Source: Alphaproteobacteria bacterium | GTDB taxonomy: Bacteria > Pseudomonadota > Alphaproteobacteria > UBA828 | Length of the DNA stretch: 64,000 nucleotides | Reading direction: 5' to 3' | Assembly (NCBI GenBank): GCA_963667785.2 | Contig: CAXXMU010000001.1 | Location: 64,001-128,000, forward strand | In this document: piece after piece, positions 11,201 through 19,401 of the stretch | Numbering within the stretch: the first letter of the stretch is position 1 | Layout of the letters: the number at the start of each line of letters is the position of its first letter | Position numbers and translations under genes: made by a program | Notes under the pieces: model-generated | The model's database searches: none | Told to the model about the DNA's origin: nothing | What the model saw: the letters and a program-made list of their open reading frames with translations, nothing else

Positions 11201-11860
11201 ATCGCCCGTCCGGCTCAGCGTGAACGACGCCGCGGTGCCCTCCGTCACCGGCGACGTGCCCGCCGCGATCGAGACTCGCGGCGTCGCCGGCCCCGGCACG
11301 CTCGCCGAGACCGCCTCGGCGAGCGCCTCGCCGTCCGGCGTGCAGATCGCCCCCGAGGCGCTGCAGGCGCCGGTCGTCGCTGGCAGCGTCACCGTCACCG
11401 CCCCGCTGCCCGACGGCCGGATCCAGACGATCCACCGGTCGAAGGCGCCGGGGTCCACCCGGCGTCTGCCCCTGACCGTGCCGTCGGTCACCTCGAGGGC
11501 GTCCTGGATCGCCCGGTTCTTGTTGAAGCTCTCGCTGCCGTCGAACACCGCCTCGCTGAACGCGAGCTCGAGCGCGAACGCGCTGCTCCCGTCGTGAGAC
11601 GCCGGCACCGACTCGAACTCTGCCGTCAACCCCGCAGGCGCCGGCGTCACCGGATCGGACGGCTCCGACGCCGCCCCCTTCCCCTCCGCGTTCACCGCGC
11701 GCAAACGGAACTTGTAGCTCTCCCCGTTGGTGAGACCCTTCACCTCCTTGCTCGTCCCAGGCCCATCCGTCGGCGTCCAGCCCGTCCCGCCGTCCTGCTG
11801 ATACTCGTAGTGCGTCACGGGCTTCTCCGGCACTTCCGGTGGGGCGTCCCACTCGAGCAT
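8213..11860 (-). CDS. C-terminal part of a frameshifted autotransporter-type adhesin (Fn3, Calx-beta-like and SwmB-like repeats, beta-barrel)
   Basis: Fn3 signature (W...Y...GLTNGESYKFRLRAVNAEG); Thr/Ala-rich Ig-like repeats; AWLARFGRTVA linker helix; amphipathic strands ending ..LRW. Confidence 0.82.
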   Translation of the reverse strand: MLEWDAPPEVPEKPVTHYEYQQDGGTGWTPTDGPGTSKEVKGLTNGESYKFRLRAVNAEGKGAASEPSDPVTPAPAGLTAEFESVPASHDGSSAFALELAFSEAVFDGSESFNKNRAIQDALEVTDGTVRGRRRVDPGAFDRWIVWIRPSGSGAVTVTLPATTGACSASGAICTPDGEALAEAVSASVPGPATPRVSIAAGTSPVTEGTAASFTLSRTGDTADALTVGLGVSEDGAVLSGTAPTEAVFPAGAATVALTVATEDDEVVEAASAVTVTLAAGTGYTLDASASEATLTVEDDDAAPALKVASVDGDALTLTFDKALDTGSAPGAAAFSVTVDGAARGVDTVAVSGSNVTLTLASAVASGETVTVSYTVPTGSNASPLQDPAGNPVAGFSNEAVANVTAAANASPTGLPAIAGTARVGETLTASAADIADADGLTGATFAWQWIAHDGTADAAIAGATADTYTLTSAEEGKTVMVRVTFTDDDGNEETLVSAATAPVAALPVVSIAASSSSVTEGGAASFTLSRTGDTAGALTVSVSVTEAGSVLSGTPPATATFAAGSAAATLAVATDDDGVDEADGRVTATVTAGAGYEVDADAASAGIDVYDNDAAATQGPAAETLWTSTLTVQEAEGAALAFGVTLSEAQASTVSVRYATADGSANAGADYEAVSGVLRFAAGETAKTVSVAVLDDAINEGSETLTLTLSHPFGATLSDGTATGTIVNTDPMPQAWLARFGRTVAQQAVDAIGERLDGSGGATGAEAAGAHVVVGGVALGGAGMPGGTFIGALRGEDEDWPGAPASLGESGRAGEGYGMSGRELLLASAFRLGAGGEGSGPAWTAWGRFATGGFEGTDDGLALSGDVTTGFLGADVAQARWLAGLALGLSEGEGSFDDGTGRGGGRVESSLTGVYPYARADLGDGVELWGLAGAGSGDLRLSLGQEVTETGLSLRMGALGLRAALMPATEAGAASLALTSDALWVRTASDAARTSTGGNLAAASGEVSRLRLGLESARAFAAGSGATLTPTLELGLRHDRGDAERGTGVEAGFGLAYADPARGLTLEGRVRGLLTHADGAYEEWGASGSVRLDPGASGRGLSLTLAPVWGAASGGVERLWTAGPAAGLAPAEALEAGAGLKAELGYGLRPPAGPGVLMPYAGLTMAEDGAAHTWRSGARWSAEPAFAIALEASHAEADAGSDPTTAATLRAALRW

Positions 11861-13746
11861 GGCGCCCCGTCCTTCGCTTGCGCCCTGAGGTTGCTCGGCC
11901 TGCCGGGCAGACCCCTCGTGCCCGGGTCCTCCAGCCATACCGCCACGTCGTCGATCGAGAACGTGTCGGCCTCCGCGCCCGAGACCGTGTGCTCGATGCT
12001 CACCGTTCCGGGGTCCCAGTCCGCGTCCCGGGGAACGGAGACCCGGATCGGCTTCGGCGAGAACCAGGTGGCCGTTTGGAACGTGACCTGCGTCGGATTG
12101 ACCGTGACGCCGCTTCCCGACGTCACGTCGAGGGATACCGTCACCGTCGTCGCGGGCCCGCCCTTGGCCCGCAGCTCGTAGGTGGCCGTTGCCCCCTTCT
12201 CGACCTGTATCCGCCGGGTCGTGGTCACGATCTCCCGGTCGTTGTCCGTGACCTCCACCGCGACCTGCGCGACCGCTGCCGAGCCGAAGCCGCCGCCGGA
12301 GGCGGTGTGCGTGATCCAGGCGGCGTCGGAATCGGAGTCGTCGTCCTCGGCCGCGCTCACGCTCACCGTCCGTGCGGTCTCCCAGTCGGAGGCGGTGAAG
12401 GCGAGGCTTGCGGGGTTCACCGTCACGTCGGTGCCCGCGGTCCCGCCGAGCGCGATCGTGACCGTGCCGCTCGGCGCGCGCGTCAGCACCACCGTGTAGG
12501 TCCCGCCCGGCGTGTCTCCCTCGAATATCCTGATCCTGTCGGTACTGACCTTCACATCGGGACCCCGGTCATTCACGAGCACCGTCACGCCGGGAAGCGC
12601 GGTCGCCTCGTACCCGCCCCCGGTCGCGCTGTGGGTCAGCGTCACCCTGTCGTCGTCGTGGTCTCTGTCGTTCGCCGCGGTCACGGTCACCGTCTGCGCG
12701 GTGTTCCAGTCCGCCGTCGTGAAGGTGAGGGTCGAAATCGATGTGTCGTCGCTGTCGCGTAGCGAGATGTCGGTCCCGTTGTGTCCGGCGATCGTGACCG
12801 TGACCGTGCCGGTCGGCTCGCCGGTCAGCACAAACGTGTAGGTGCCTCCCGCCGTATCTCCCTCGTCGATCGTCACCGGATCGGGCGCGACCATCGCCCC
12901 AGAGATGTCGTTGTCCTCCACGCGCACCGTGAGATTCGGCACCGTCACCGAGCCGTAGCCGCCGCCGGACGGGCTGTGGGTGAGCGTGACGGTGTCGTCC
13001 GCCATGTCCGAATCGGCAGCCGCGGTCACGGTCACCGTTTGCGGCTCGCCCCAGTTCATGGCGGTGAAGGTGAGGGACGTCTCGTCGAGCGAGACGTCGG
13101 TCCCGCTGTGTCCGTCGATCGTCACCGTCACGTCCGCGCTGGGCTGCGTGGCCAGCCAGACCTCGTAGGTCGCCGTGGTCTGCTCCTGGACCACCACGGG
13201 CCTCGGTGCGATCAGCACAGCGGCACTGCTCCCCGTGAGCGTGCACTGCACGCCCGCGTGCTCGCGGACGGTGCTGCAGTGGTGCGGGTTGTGCGGCCCC
13301 CAGCCCGAGCCGTCGCAATCGGCCAGGCGGTCCTCCGACCCGCTGCAGTTCATGTTGTCGAGCCACACGGAAATGTCCGTCGGCCCTTCGAGCGCGCGGA
13401 GCGCCGTCTCGGCCCCCGGGTAGCCAAGCTGCCGGCACGCCACCCTTGCGTCCGCGATGCCCCAAAAATCGTCGCAGACGGCACCCCATTCGCCGTCGTG
13501 GTAGACCTCCACCCGTCCCTGACCCAGGGTGTCGCCCTGTAGTCGCAGCTCCCCGTCCGCGGGATCGGCCAGGGCGGCGCCGGCCCAGAGAAAGCCCAGG
13601 GCGACCGCAAGCGCCGAGCGCAGCGCCCGCCGGCCTGTCGCCCGCGCCCGTGACCGGGGCGGAAGGCCGCCGGCGGCCGGAGTCCCACCGACGGGCGAGA
13701 CTCGTTCCCTGCAGCGTCTCCCGTTCCTGCGTGCGCGCACGGACAT
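11815..13746 (-). CDS. N-terminal part of the same adhesin (signal peptide, SRCR domain, four ~100-aa Calx-beta/cadherin-like repeats)
   Basis: ATG 13746 with GGAGGAGG RBS; SRCR consensus GRVEV..GEWGAVCDD.W....A.VACRQLGY..WLDNMNCSGSE..LADC..C...HAGVQC; frame breaks inside an Fn3 domain near 11865. Confidence 0.82.
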   Translation of the reverse strand: MSVRARRNGRRCRERVSPVGGTPAAGGLPPRSRARATGRRALRSALAVALGFLWAGAALADPADGELRLQGDTLGQGRVEVYHDGEWGAVCDDFWGIADARVACRQLGYPGAETALRALEGPTDISVWLDNMNCSGSEDRLADCDGSGWGPHNPHHCSTVREHAGVQCTLTGSSAAVLIAPRPVVVQEQTTATYEVWLATQPSADVTVTIDGHSGTDVSLDETSLTFTAMNWGEPQTVTVTAAADSDMADDTVTLTHSPSGGGYGSVTVPNLTVRVEDNDISGAMVAPDPVTIDEGDTAGGTYTFVLTGEPTGTVTVTIAGHNGTDISLRDSDDTSISTLTFTTADWNTAQTVTVTAANDRDHDDDRVTLTHSATGGGYEATALPGVTVLVNDRGPDVKVSTDRIRIFEGDTPGGTYTVVLTRAPSGTVTIALGGTAGTDVTVNPASLAFTASDWETARTVSVSAAEDDDSDSDAAWITHTASGGGFGSAAVAQVAVEVTDNDREIVTTTRRIQVEKGATATYELRAKGGPATTVTVSLDVTSGSGVTVNPTQVTFQTATWFSPKPIRVSVPRDADWDPGTVSIEHTVSGAEADTFSIDDVAVWLEDPGTRGLPGRPSNLRAQAKDGAPCSSGTPHRKCRRSP

Positions 13747-13842
13747 GCCCTCCTCCAGGAATTCGCACGGCGCCTCTCGCCGCAAGCATCCGTGCGATGC
13801 TGTAACAGCCTGGAAGGTATGCCAGTTTCGCGATATCGCGCG

Positions 13843-13858
13843 TCCCCAATAGTGGGGA
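13843..13858. promoter_or_regulatory. Palindromic operator candidate TCCCCAATAGTGGGGA
   Basis: TCCCCA-N4-TGGGGA inverted repeat in the divergent intergenic region; second copy 130 bp away. Confidence 0.6.
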
Positions 13859-13972
13859 GAATCGGCGGGTTTTTGCCTCGTCTCGGGGCGATCGCGCGAG
13901 AGCCGGCGACCTCGGCGGCGCCCCTCGTCCGGCGCCCTCGCACACGCACGCGAGCGGTGATCTCGCCGCTTC

Positions 13973-13988
13973 TCCCCAATGTTGGGGA
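13973..13988. promoter_or_regulatory. Palindromic operator candidate TCCCCAATGTTGGGGA
   Basis: Second TCCCCA-N4-TGGGGA copy, next to an AT-rich promoter-like tract (about 14000-14055). Confidence 0.6.
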
Positions 13989-14160
13989 TGCATGCGTCCG
14001 TGATATTTATGTGTGTTATATGAGATATCGGCATCACGTTCATAACGTATTAGCATGTCGGCATGCGATGGAGCGGAACGCATCTGCGGCACCGGAGGGC
14101 GTGTGCCACCGGGACCGGACATGATCGGCCCACCGGGCGTGCGTGCGCGAAGGCGCGGTC

Positions 14161-15318
14161 ATGAGCGGGCGCGATTCGTTCGGGCACATCCTGGCCTCGC
14201 TGCACGACGCGGCGCTCGATCCCGCCCGCTGGTCGGGCGCGTCCGCGCTGATCGACGAGGCCCTCCACACCCATGGCAGCAGCATGGTGTTCGGAGACTG
14301 GGTCTCCGAAGAGGACATTCGGATCGGCTTCGCGTGGTACTTCTTCCGGGGGGAGCCGCGCCGGGATCTTTGCCGCGAGTACTTCCAGGTCTATTACCCG
14401 CTCGACGAACGGGTCCCGCGCGTGCGGCATGCCCCCGACAGCCGGCTGTTCCACGTCCCCGAGCTCTTCACTGAGGAGGAGCTGAAGACCTCTCCGGCGT
14501 ACAACCAGATGCTGGTCGCCACCCACGCCGGGAACGGGATCATCGTGCGCCTGGACGGGCCGGACGGCTCGCACATCGTCTGGGCCATCAACGATCCGGT
14601 GAACGGGGACGGCTGGTCGTCTGTGCAACTGGGCACGATCCGCCGGCTCCTGCCGCATATCCGCCAGACCGTGCGCGTCCAGCAGGCGCTGACCGGCACC
14701 GGCGCCCTGGGAGCGACGCTGACGGAGATGCTCGACCACTCCGGGATGGGGGTCATCCAGCTCGATCTGCGCGGGCGAATCGCGGCGGTGAACGACCGCG
14801 CGCAGGCCGTTCTGCGCTCGGGCGACGGCCTGTTCGACGAGGGCGGCTCGCTCTTCGCGCGCATGCCGGAGGAGGACGCCCGCCTCCAGGCGCTGCTGGC
14901 GCGCGCGCTGCCACCGTTCGGGGTGCCGGGCGCCGGGGGCTCGACGACGCTGAGTCGCCTGGGCGGCCCGCCGCCGCTGGTGCTGCACGTCCACCCGGTG
15001 GGCCCGCAGGAAGCGGATTTCCAGTCCTGGTCCGTGGCGGCGCTGGTGCTGGTCGTCGACCCGGCCAACGGGACCGCGATCGATCCGGAAGCGGCTGCCG
15101 GAGCCCTCGGCCTCACGCAGGCGGAGGGGCGCGTGGCGGTGCTTCTGGCCCAGGGCATGAGTGTGCACCAGATCGCCGCAGCGACGGGCCGCAAGGAGAG
15201 CACGATCCGCTCGCACGTGAAGAACATGTTCGCCAAGCACGGGTTCTCGCGGCAGGCGGAGCTGGTGCGGCTGGTGCAGTCCGTGGCGGTGGCTCCGCAG
15301 GCCGGGCCGCGCGGTTGA
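14161..15318 (+). CDS. PAS-fold plus LuxR-type HTH transcriptional regulator
   Basis: Central PAS-like GVIQLDLRGRIAAVNDRA; C-terminal GLTQAEGRVAVLLAQGMSVHQIA...TIRSHVKNMFAKHGFSRQAELVRL. Confidence 0.9.
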   Translation: MSGRDSFGHILASLHDAALDPARWSGASALIDEALHTHGSSMVFGDWVSEEDIRIGFAWYFFRGEPRRDLCREYFQVYYPLDERVPRVRHAPDSRLFHVPELFTEEELKTSPAYNQMLVATHAGNGIIVRLDGPDGSHIVWAINDPVNGDGWSSVQLGTIRRLLPHIRQTVRVQQALTGTGALGATLTEMLDHSGMGVIQLDLRGRIAAVNDRAQAVLRSGDGLFDEGGSLFARMPEEDARLQALLARALPPFGVPGAGGSTTLSRLGGPPPLVLHVHPVGPQEADFQSWSVAALVLVVDPANGTAIDPEAAAGALGLTQAEGRVAVLLAQGMSVHQIAAATGRKESTIRSHVKNMFAKHGFSRQAELVRLVQSVAVAPQAGPRG

Positions 15319-15485
15319 CGCAGGCCGCGGGCGACGCTGAACCGCAGCCGATCCCGCTTTGACGCCGTGCATCGGTGGGATACGCGCCGCCGGGGGCGGG
15401 CATGGTCTGTCGGCTGGCAATCGGATACCATGAGTCCCGCCAGTGGATTTTAAGGTAGGAAATTCGAATCACGGGGGCGGGAAAG

Positions 15486-17999
15486 ATGAAGAGCGCGCGA
15501 TGGGTATTGGCGGTCGTTTTTTCGTGTTTCCTGGGTCTGATCGGCGTCGATCTCGGGACGAACTCCGCCGCAGCCCAGGAGGGCTGCCCAGTGCCGGCCG
15601 GGGTCGCCGACAACCCTCTCTCGACCCCGTCCGTAACGGCTGCCGATAACGACCTGATGGGCTTTGCGCTCGCGGCAAGTCGATACCTGGCAAGTGTTCA
15701 GCCGGGACCGGAGCTTGCGTACAGCGCCTGTCTCTTCCGCAACGAGGAGAACTGGAACTCCGGCTCCACCTACGTCGTTACCATGTCTCCCAGAGGGAGG
15801 GTGTTCTTTCACGCGAACGATGGCGCACTGAGCGGCAGGCAGCTCAAGCCTGCCGTATGGGGAGCGATCGCGGCCGCGACCGGCGTGGCGGCTCTGCCTG
15901 CTACGGGGAATTTCGGGCGCCCGGACGGTGGCCGCCTGCCCCGAATCGGCGGCTACGCCGTCGGATACAAACGTACTATCAGCGGCAATCCGCTTATTCT
16001 GGTTGCCGGTCTCGACATTAACGAATCTCACCTTGCGGACGAGGACGTCGACCCTGGCGATCCTGAGGTGCGTGCCGACGAGGTGGTGGACCGTAGAACG
16101 CTCAAGGCGTTCGTGAAAGGGGCGGAGACGTATGTTCGCGGGCTTTACCAGCAGGACCGCCGCGAAGCGTTTACGAAAGCCAAGAGCGTCTTGCGGGATC
16201 CGAACGGACCATGGAAGCACGGCCCGATCTATCTCTTCATTATGGAGCCCTCAGGCTACACCATCTTTCACGGCGCTTTTCCGAACAGGTTCGAGTTCCA
16301 GAGGCCTACGGATACCTTGAGAGACGAGGTCACCGGGGAGCTCATTCTGCCGCAGATCATCGAGGTGGCGACCACTACCACCGACGGTGGTTTCGTTTCC
16401 TATTACTTCGACAACCCGGATGACGACAGCGACAGCGCGGACGTTCCCAAGGTAACGTATGCCCGCCAGCATGCGTTTGAGGCTACGAGGCCGGACGGAA
16501 GCACAGTCCGGTATCCGCTCATCTTCGGCGCTGGCATCTACGGCGATCCGGTACCGGCGGCGAGCGCGTCGGCTGCGAAGGGCTGGCTTGCGCGCTTCGG
16601 CCGTGTGGTGGCGAGCCAGGCGGTTGAGATGATCGGCCAGCGGATGACCGCGCCGTCTTCGGCCGCGTCGCAGATGATGCTGGCCGGCCACGACATGCAC
16701 CTCGATTCCGCCGATTCCTCCACGCTGGCGGGAAGCGGCCCGCTCGCGGGTGCTGGCGCCGTCGCCCCGGTCCGCTGGCAGGGCGCGGAGCCCTGGCCGG
16801 AGGAGGGCTCCCTTGCGGGCTCCCGCGCGGTGTCGCTCGGCGAGGTCCTGCTGAACAGCGCGTTCCGCCTGGCGCTGGCGGACGGCGACGGGGCGGGTGG
16901 TCGCTGGACGGCCTGGGGCCGGGGCGGGCTGGCGCAGTTCGGCAGCGATGACGACGTGTCTCTCGAGGGCGCCGTCACCACGGGCATGCTGGGGGTGGAC
17001 TACGAGAAGGGCCCGACGCTGACGGGTGTGGCGGTGTCGCACGCCCGGGGCGAGGGGAGCTTCGATCGTGGCGGCGACCGCAGCGAGATGGAGGCCACGC
17101 TGACGACGATACTCCCCCATCTCCGCCACACGGTGAGCGACGAGCTCTCGGTGTGGGGGATTCTCGGCTTCGGGAACGGGGAGATGCGGCTGGAGGAGAC
17201 GGCGGTCGCGAAGACCACGGATACCGGCATCGCGATGCGGATGGGGGCGCTGGGGGTTCGGGGGGCCCTGATGTCCGCGTCCGAGGCCGACGGTCTCGAC
17301 CTGGCGGTGAAGTCTGACCTGCTGCTGACGCAGATCGAAGCGGAGGAGAAGGACGGTCTGGAGGCGATAGACGCGGGAACGCGGCGTCTTCGGGCCCTGC
17401 TCGAGGGCTCGCGCGAGCGGGCGCTGGATGCGGGCGGCTCGCTGCGCCAGTCGGTGGAGGCGGGGCTGCGCCATGACGGGGGCGACGCGGAGCAGGGCCT
17501 CGGCCTCGAGCTCGGCGGGCGGATCGTCTACGCGCAGCCGGCATCGCGCATGACGTGGGAGGCGGGCGGCCGGACGCTGCTGGCGCACCAGGACGGCAGC
17601 GCCCGGGAATGGAGCCTGGACGGCGCGGTGCGCTTGGCGCCTGGCGCGCGGGGCGAGGGCCTCTCGTTCACGCTGAGCTCGGTCTGGGGCGGGGTATCGA
17701 GCGGCATGGAGCAGATGTGGGCGCAAGGCGCGGCAACGGACCTGGCACAGGGCGGCGCCGATACGAGGTCGGCGACGTTCGGCGCCGAGGTGGGCTACGG
17801 GCTCGCCGTGGCGGGCGCGGAGCTGCTGACGCCCTACGGCGGCCTGGCGGTCTCCGACCGGGGCGCCGAGACCTGGCGTGTGGGCGGGCGTCTCGCCCTC
17901 GGGCCGTCCTTCGGCGTGAGCCTCGAAGGCGACCGCCGCGAGCGCCGCCACGGCAATCCCGACCACGGCCTCATGCTGCGCGGCGCCCTCCGCTGGTAG
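15486..17999 (+). CDS. Autotransporter-type outer-membrane protein with a tandem Cache-like passenger
   Basis: Signal peptide; sCache_2-like motifs (LKAFVKGA, GPWKHGPIYLFI, FHGAFP, GGFVSYYFDNP, KVTYA, LIFGAGIY); GWLARFGRVVA linker; barrel ending LRW. Confidence 0.8.
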   Translation: MKSARWVLAVVFSCFLGLIGVDLGTNSAAAQEGCPVPAGVADNPLSTPSVTAADNDLMGFALAASRYLASVQPGPELAYSACLFRNEENWNSGSTYVVTMSPRGRVFFHANDGALSGRQLKPAVWGAIAAATGVAALPATGNFGRPDGGRLPRIGGYAVGYKRTISGNPLILVAGLDINESHLADEDVDPGDPEVRADEVVDRRTLKAFVKGAETYVRGLYQQDRREAFTKAKSVLRDPNGPWKHGPIYLFIMEPSGYTIFHGAFPNRFEFQRPTDTLRDEVTGELILPQIIEVATTTTDGGFVSYYFDNPDDDSDSADVPKVTYARQHAFEATRPDGSTVRYPLIFGAGIYGDPVPAASASAAKGWLARFGRVVASQAVEMIGQRMTAPSSAASQMMLAGHDMHLDSADSSTLAGSGPLAGAGAVAPVRWQGAEPWPEEGSLAGSRAVSLGEVLLNSAFRLALADGDGAGGRWTAWGRGGLAQFGSDDDVSLEGAVTTGMLGVDYEKGPTLTGVAVSHARGEGSFDRGGDRSEMEATLTTILPHLRHTVSDELSVWGILGFGNGEMRLEETAVAKTTDTGIAMRMGALGVRGALMSASEADGLDLAVKSDLLLTQIEAEEKDGLEAIDAGTRRLRALLEGSRERALDAGGSLRQSVEAGLRHDGGDAEQGLGLELGGRIVYAQPASRMTWEAGGRTLLAHQDGSAREWSLDGAVRLAPGARGEGLSFTLSSVWGGVSSGMEQMWAQGAATDLAQGGADTRSATFGAEVGYGLAVAGAELLTPYGGLAVSDRGAETWRVGGRLALGPSFGVSLEGDRRERRHGNPDHGLMLRGALRW

Positions 18000-18122
18000 G
18001 GCCGCGCCGGGACAAGGGCGGCGACGCAATCTTGCGCGTGACTGTAGCCGTCGGCGGCCAGCGGGTGCGCGAAAGCGCACTGCCGGCCATCTCGTAGCCC
18101 GGCGCCGCCGGTCCGCGCGCAA

Positions 18123-19385
18123 ATGTCATCCGGGCGCACCCGCTGGGACATCGTAGCGCTGGCGCTCGCGGCGGGCTACGTCGTGGGCCTGCAGGTCGGC
18201 AAGGTGCCGCCTTCGCTGCCGCTGCTGGAGGCGGAGCTCGGCCTGCCCCGTGTCATTGCCGGACTGATCGCGTCGTCGTTCTATGGCGTCGGCGCCCTGT
18301 TCGGCGTCGCGGGCGGGCTGCTGATCGACCGTCTGGGCGCCAGGCGGATGATCTTCGCAGGCGCCACGGTGATGGCGCTCGCGAGCCTCGCCGGCGGGTT
18401 CGCAGGGAACGGCACGCTGCTGCTCGCGACCCGCATTGTCGAGGGCTTCGGCTTCGTCACCTTCACGGTCGCCGCGCCCAAGCTGATCGCCGCCGCGACG
18501 ACCCCGAGAGTGCGCCGCTTCGCGCTCGGCGCCTGGGGCACCTACATGCCGATCGGCATGGCGCTCTCGCTGGTGATCGCGACCGCGCTGCTGGGCTCGA
18601 TCGGCTGGCGCGGCCTCTGGTTCCTGAACGCCGGGCTCATCCTGCTCTACCTGCTCGTCTTCGGCTGGCGGACGGCGCCGCGGCGCTGGCATCCGTTGGC
18701 GGGCGCCGGCGCAGCAGCCGACGATGCGGGCGGGCGGAGGGCGCGGCCACAGCCGGGACCCTGGCGGTTCGGCGCGGGCGCGCGTGCGACCCTGTCGCGG
18801 CCGGGACCCTGGCTGTTCGGCACGTGCTTCGTGCTGTTCTCGATCCAGTGGCTGGCGTTGATGACGTGGCTGCCGACCTTCCTGATCGAAACGCAGGGGC
18901 GCTCGCTCGCCGGCGCTGCGCTCTTCACCGCGCTGATCGTCGCTGTGACCGGGCTCGGCGCCGTCACCGGCGCGACGCTCATGCACCGCGGCGCCGCGCG
19001 CTGGCTGCTGATCGGCACCGCATTCACAGGCATGGGCGTCTGCGCGGCCGCGCTCTTCGCGCCCCTCACCCCCGACGCCGCCAAGATCCCGCTTGCGCTC
19101 CTCTTCACCCTGATAGGCGGTCTGCTGCCCGCGGCCTGCCTCGAAGGCGGTGCCGCGCACGCGCCCAGCCAGGATCAGGTCGCCATGGCGAGCGGCTTCG
19201 TGGCGCAGGGGGCCGCGATCGGCAGCGTGCTCGGCCCGCCTCTCCTGGCCGCCGTGACCGGGGCGGTGGGCGACTGGGAATCGGCGTGGTGGACCATGCT
19301 GGTCTGCCCCGGCATCGGTCTGGCGGCCGTCGTCGCCGTGCGCCGGGCGGATGCCCGTCTCGCGCAAAGGGCTTCCAGCGCGTAA
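18123..19385 (+). CDS. MFS transporter
   Basis: About 12 hydrophobic segments; motif A GLLIDRLGARR; TRIVEGFG. Confidence 0.92.
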   Translation: MSSGRTRWDIVALALAAGYVVGLQVGKVPPSLPLLEAELGLPRVIAGLIASSFYGVGALFGVAGGLLIDRLGARRMIFAGATVMALASLAGGFAGNGTLLLATRIVEGFGFVTFTVAAPKLIAAATTPRVRRFALGAWGTYMPIGMALSLVIATALLGSIGWRGLWFLNAGLILLYLLVFGWRTAPRRWHPLAGAGAAADDAGGRRARPQPGPWRFGAGARATLSRPGPWLFGTCFVLFSIQWLALMTWLPTFLIETQGRSLAGAALFTALIVAVTGLGAVTGATLMHRGAARWLLIGTAFTGMGVCAAALFAPLTPDAAKIPLALLFTLIGGLLPAACLEGGAAHAPSQDQVAMASGFVAQGAAIGSVLGPPLLAAVTGAVGDWESAWWTMLVCPGIGLAAVVAVRRADARLAQRASSA

Positions 19386-19401
19386 CCGACCGGACTCTTT
19401 A

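Noticed and set aside
8279-12181. 1300-aa plus-strand ORF and other long antisense ORFs (e.g. 2431..4506, 18824..21124, 31084..33516, 49585..51684)
   Set aside because: Arg/Gly/Pro-rich shadow frames opposite well-supported genes, as expected at this GC content.
11940-13220. Adhesin repeats as DGR template/variable repeats
   Set aside because: Similarity is at the protein level only, with no adenine-specific mismatch pattern and no reverse transcriptase.
18061-18088. GTGCGC-GAAA-GCGCAC hairpin as a riboswitch or ncRNA upstream of the MFS gene
   Set aside because: A single short GNRA hairpin with no aptamer consensus I recognise and no U-tract.
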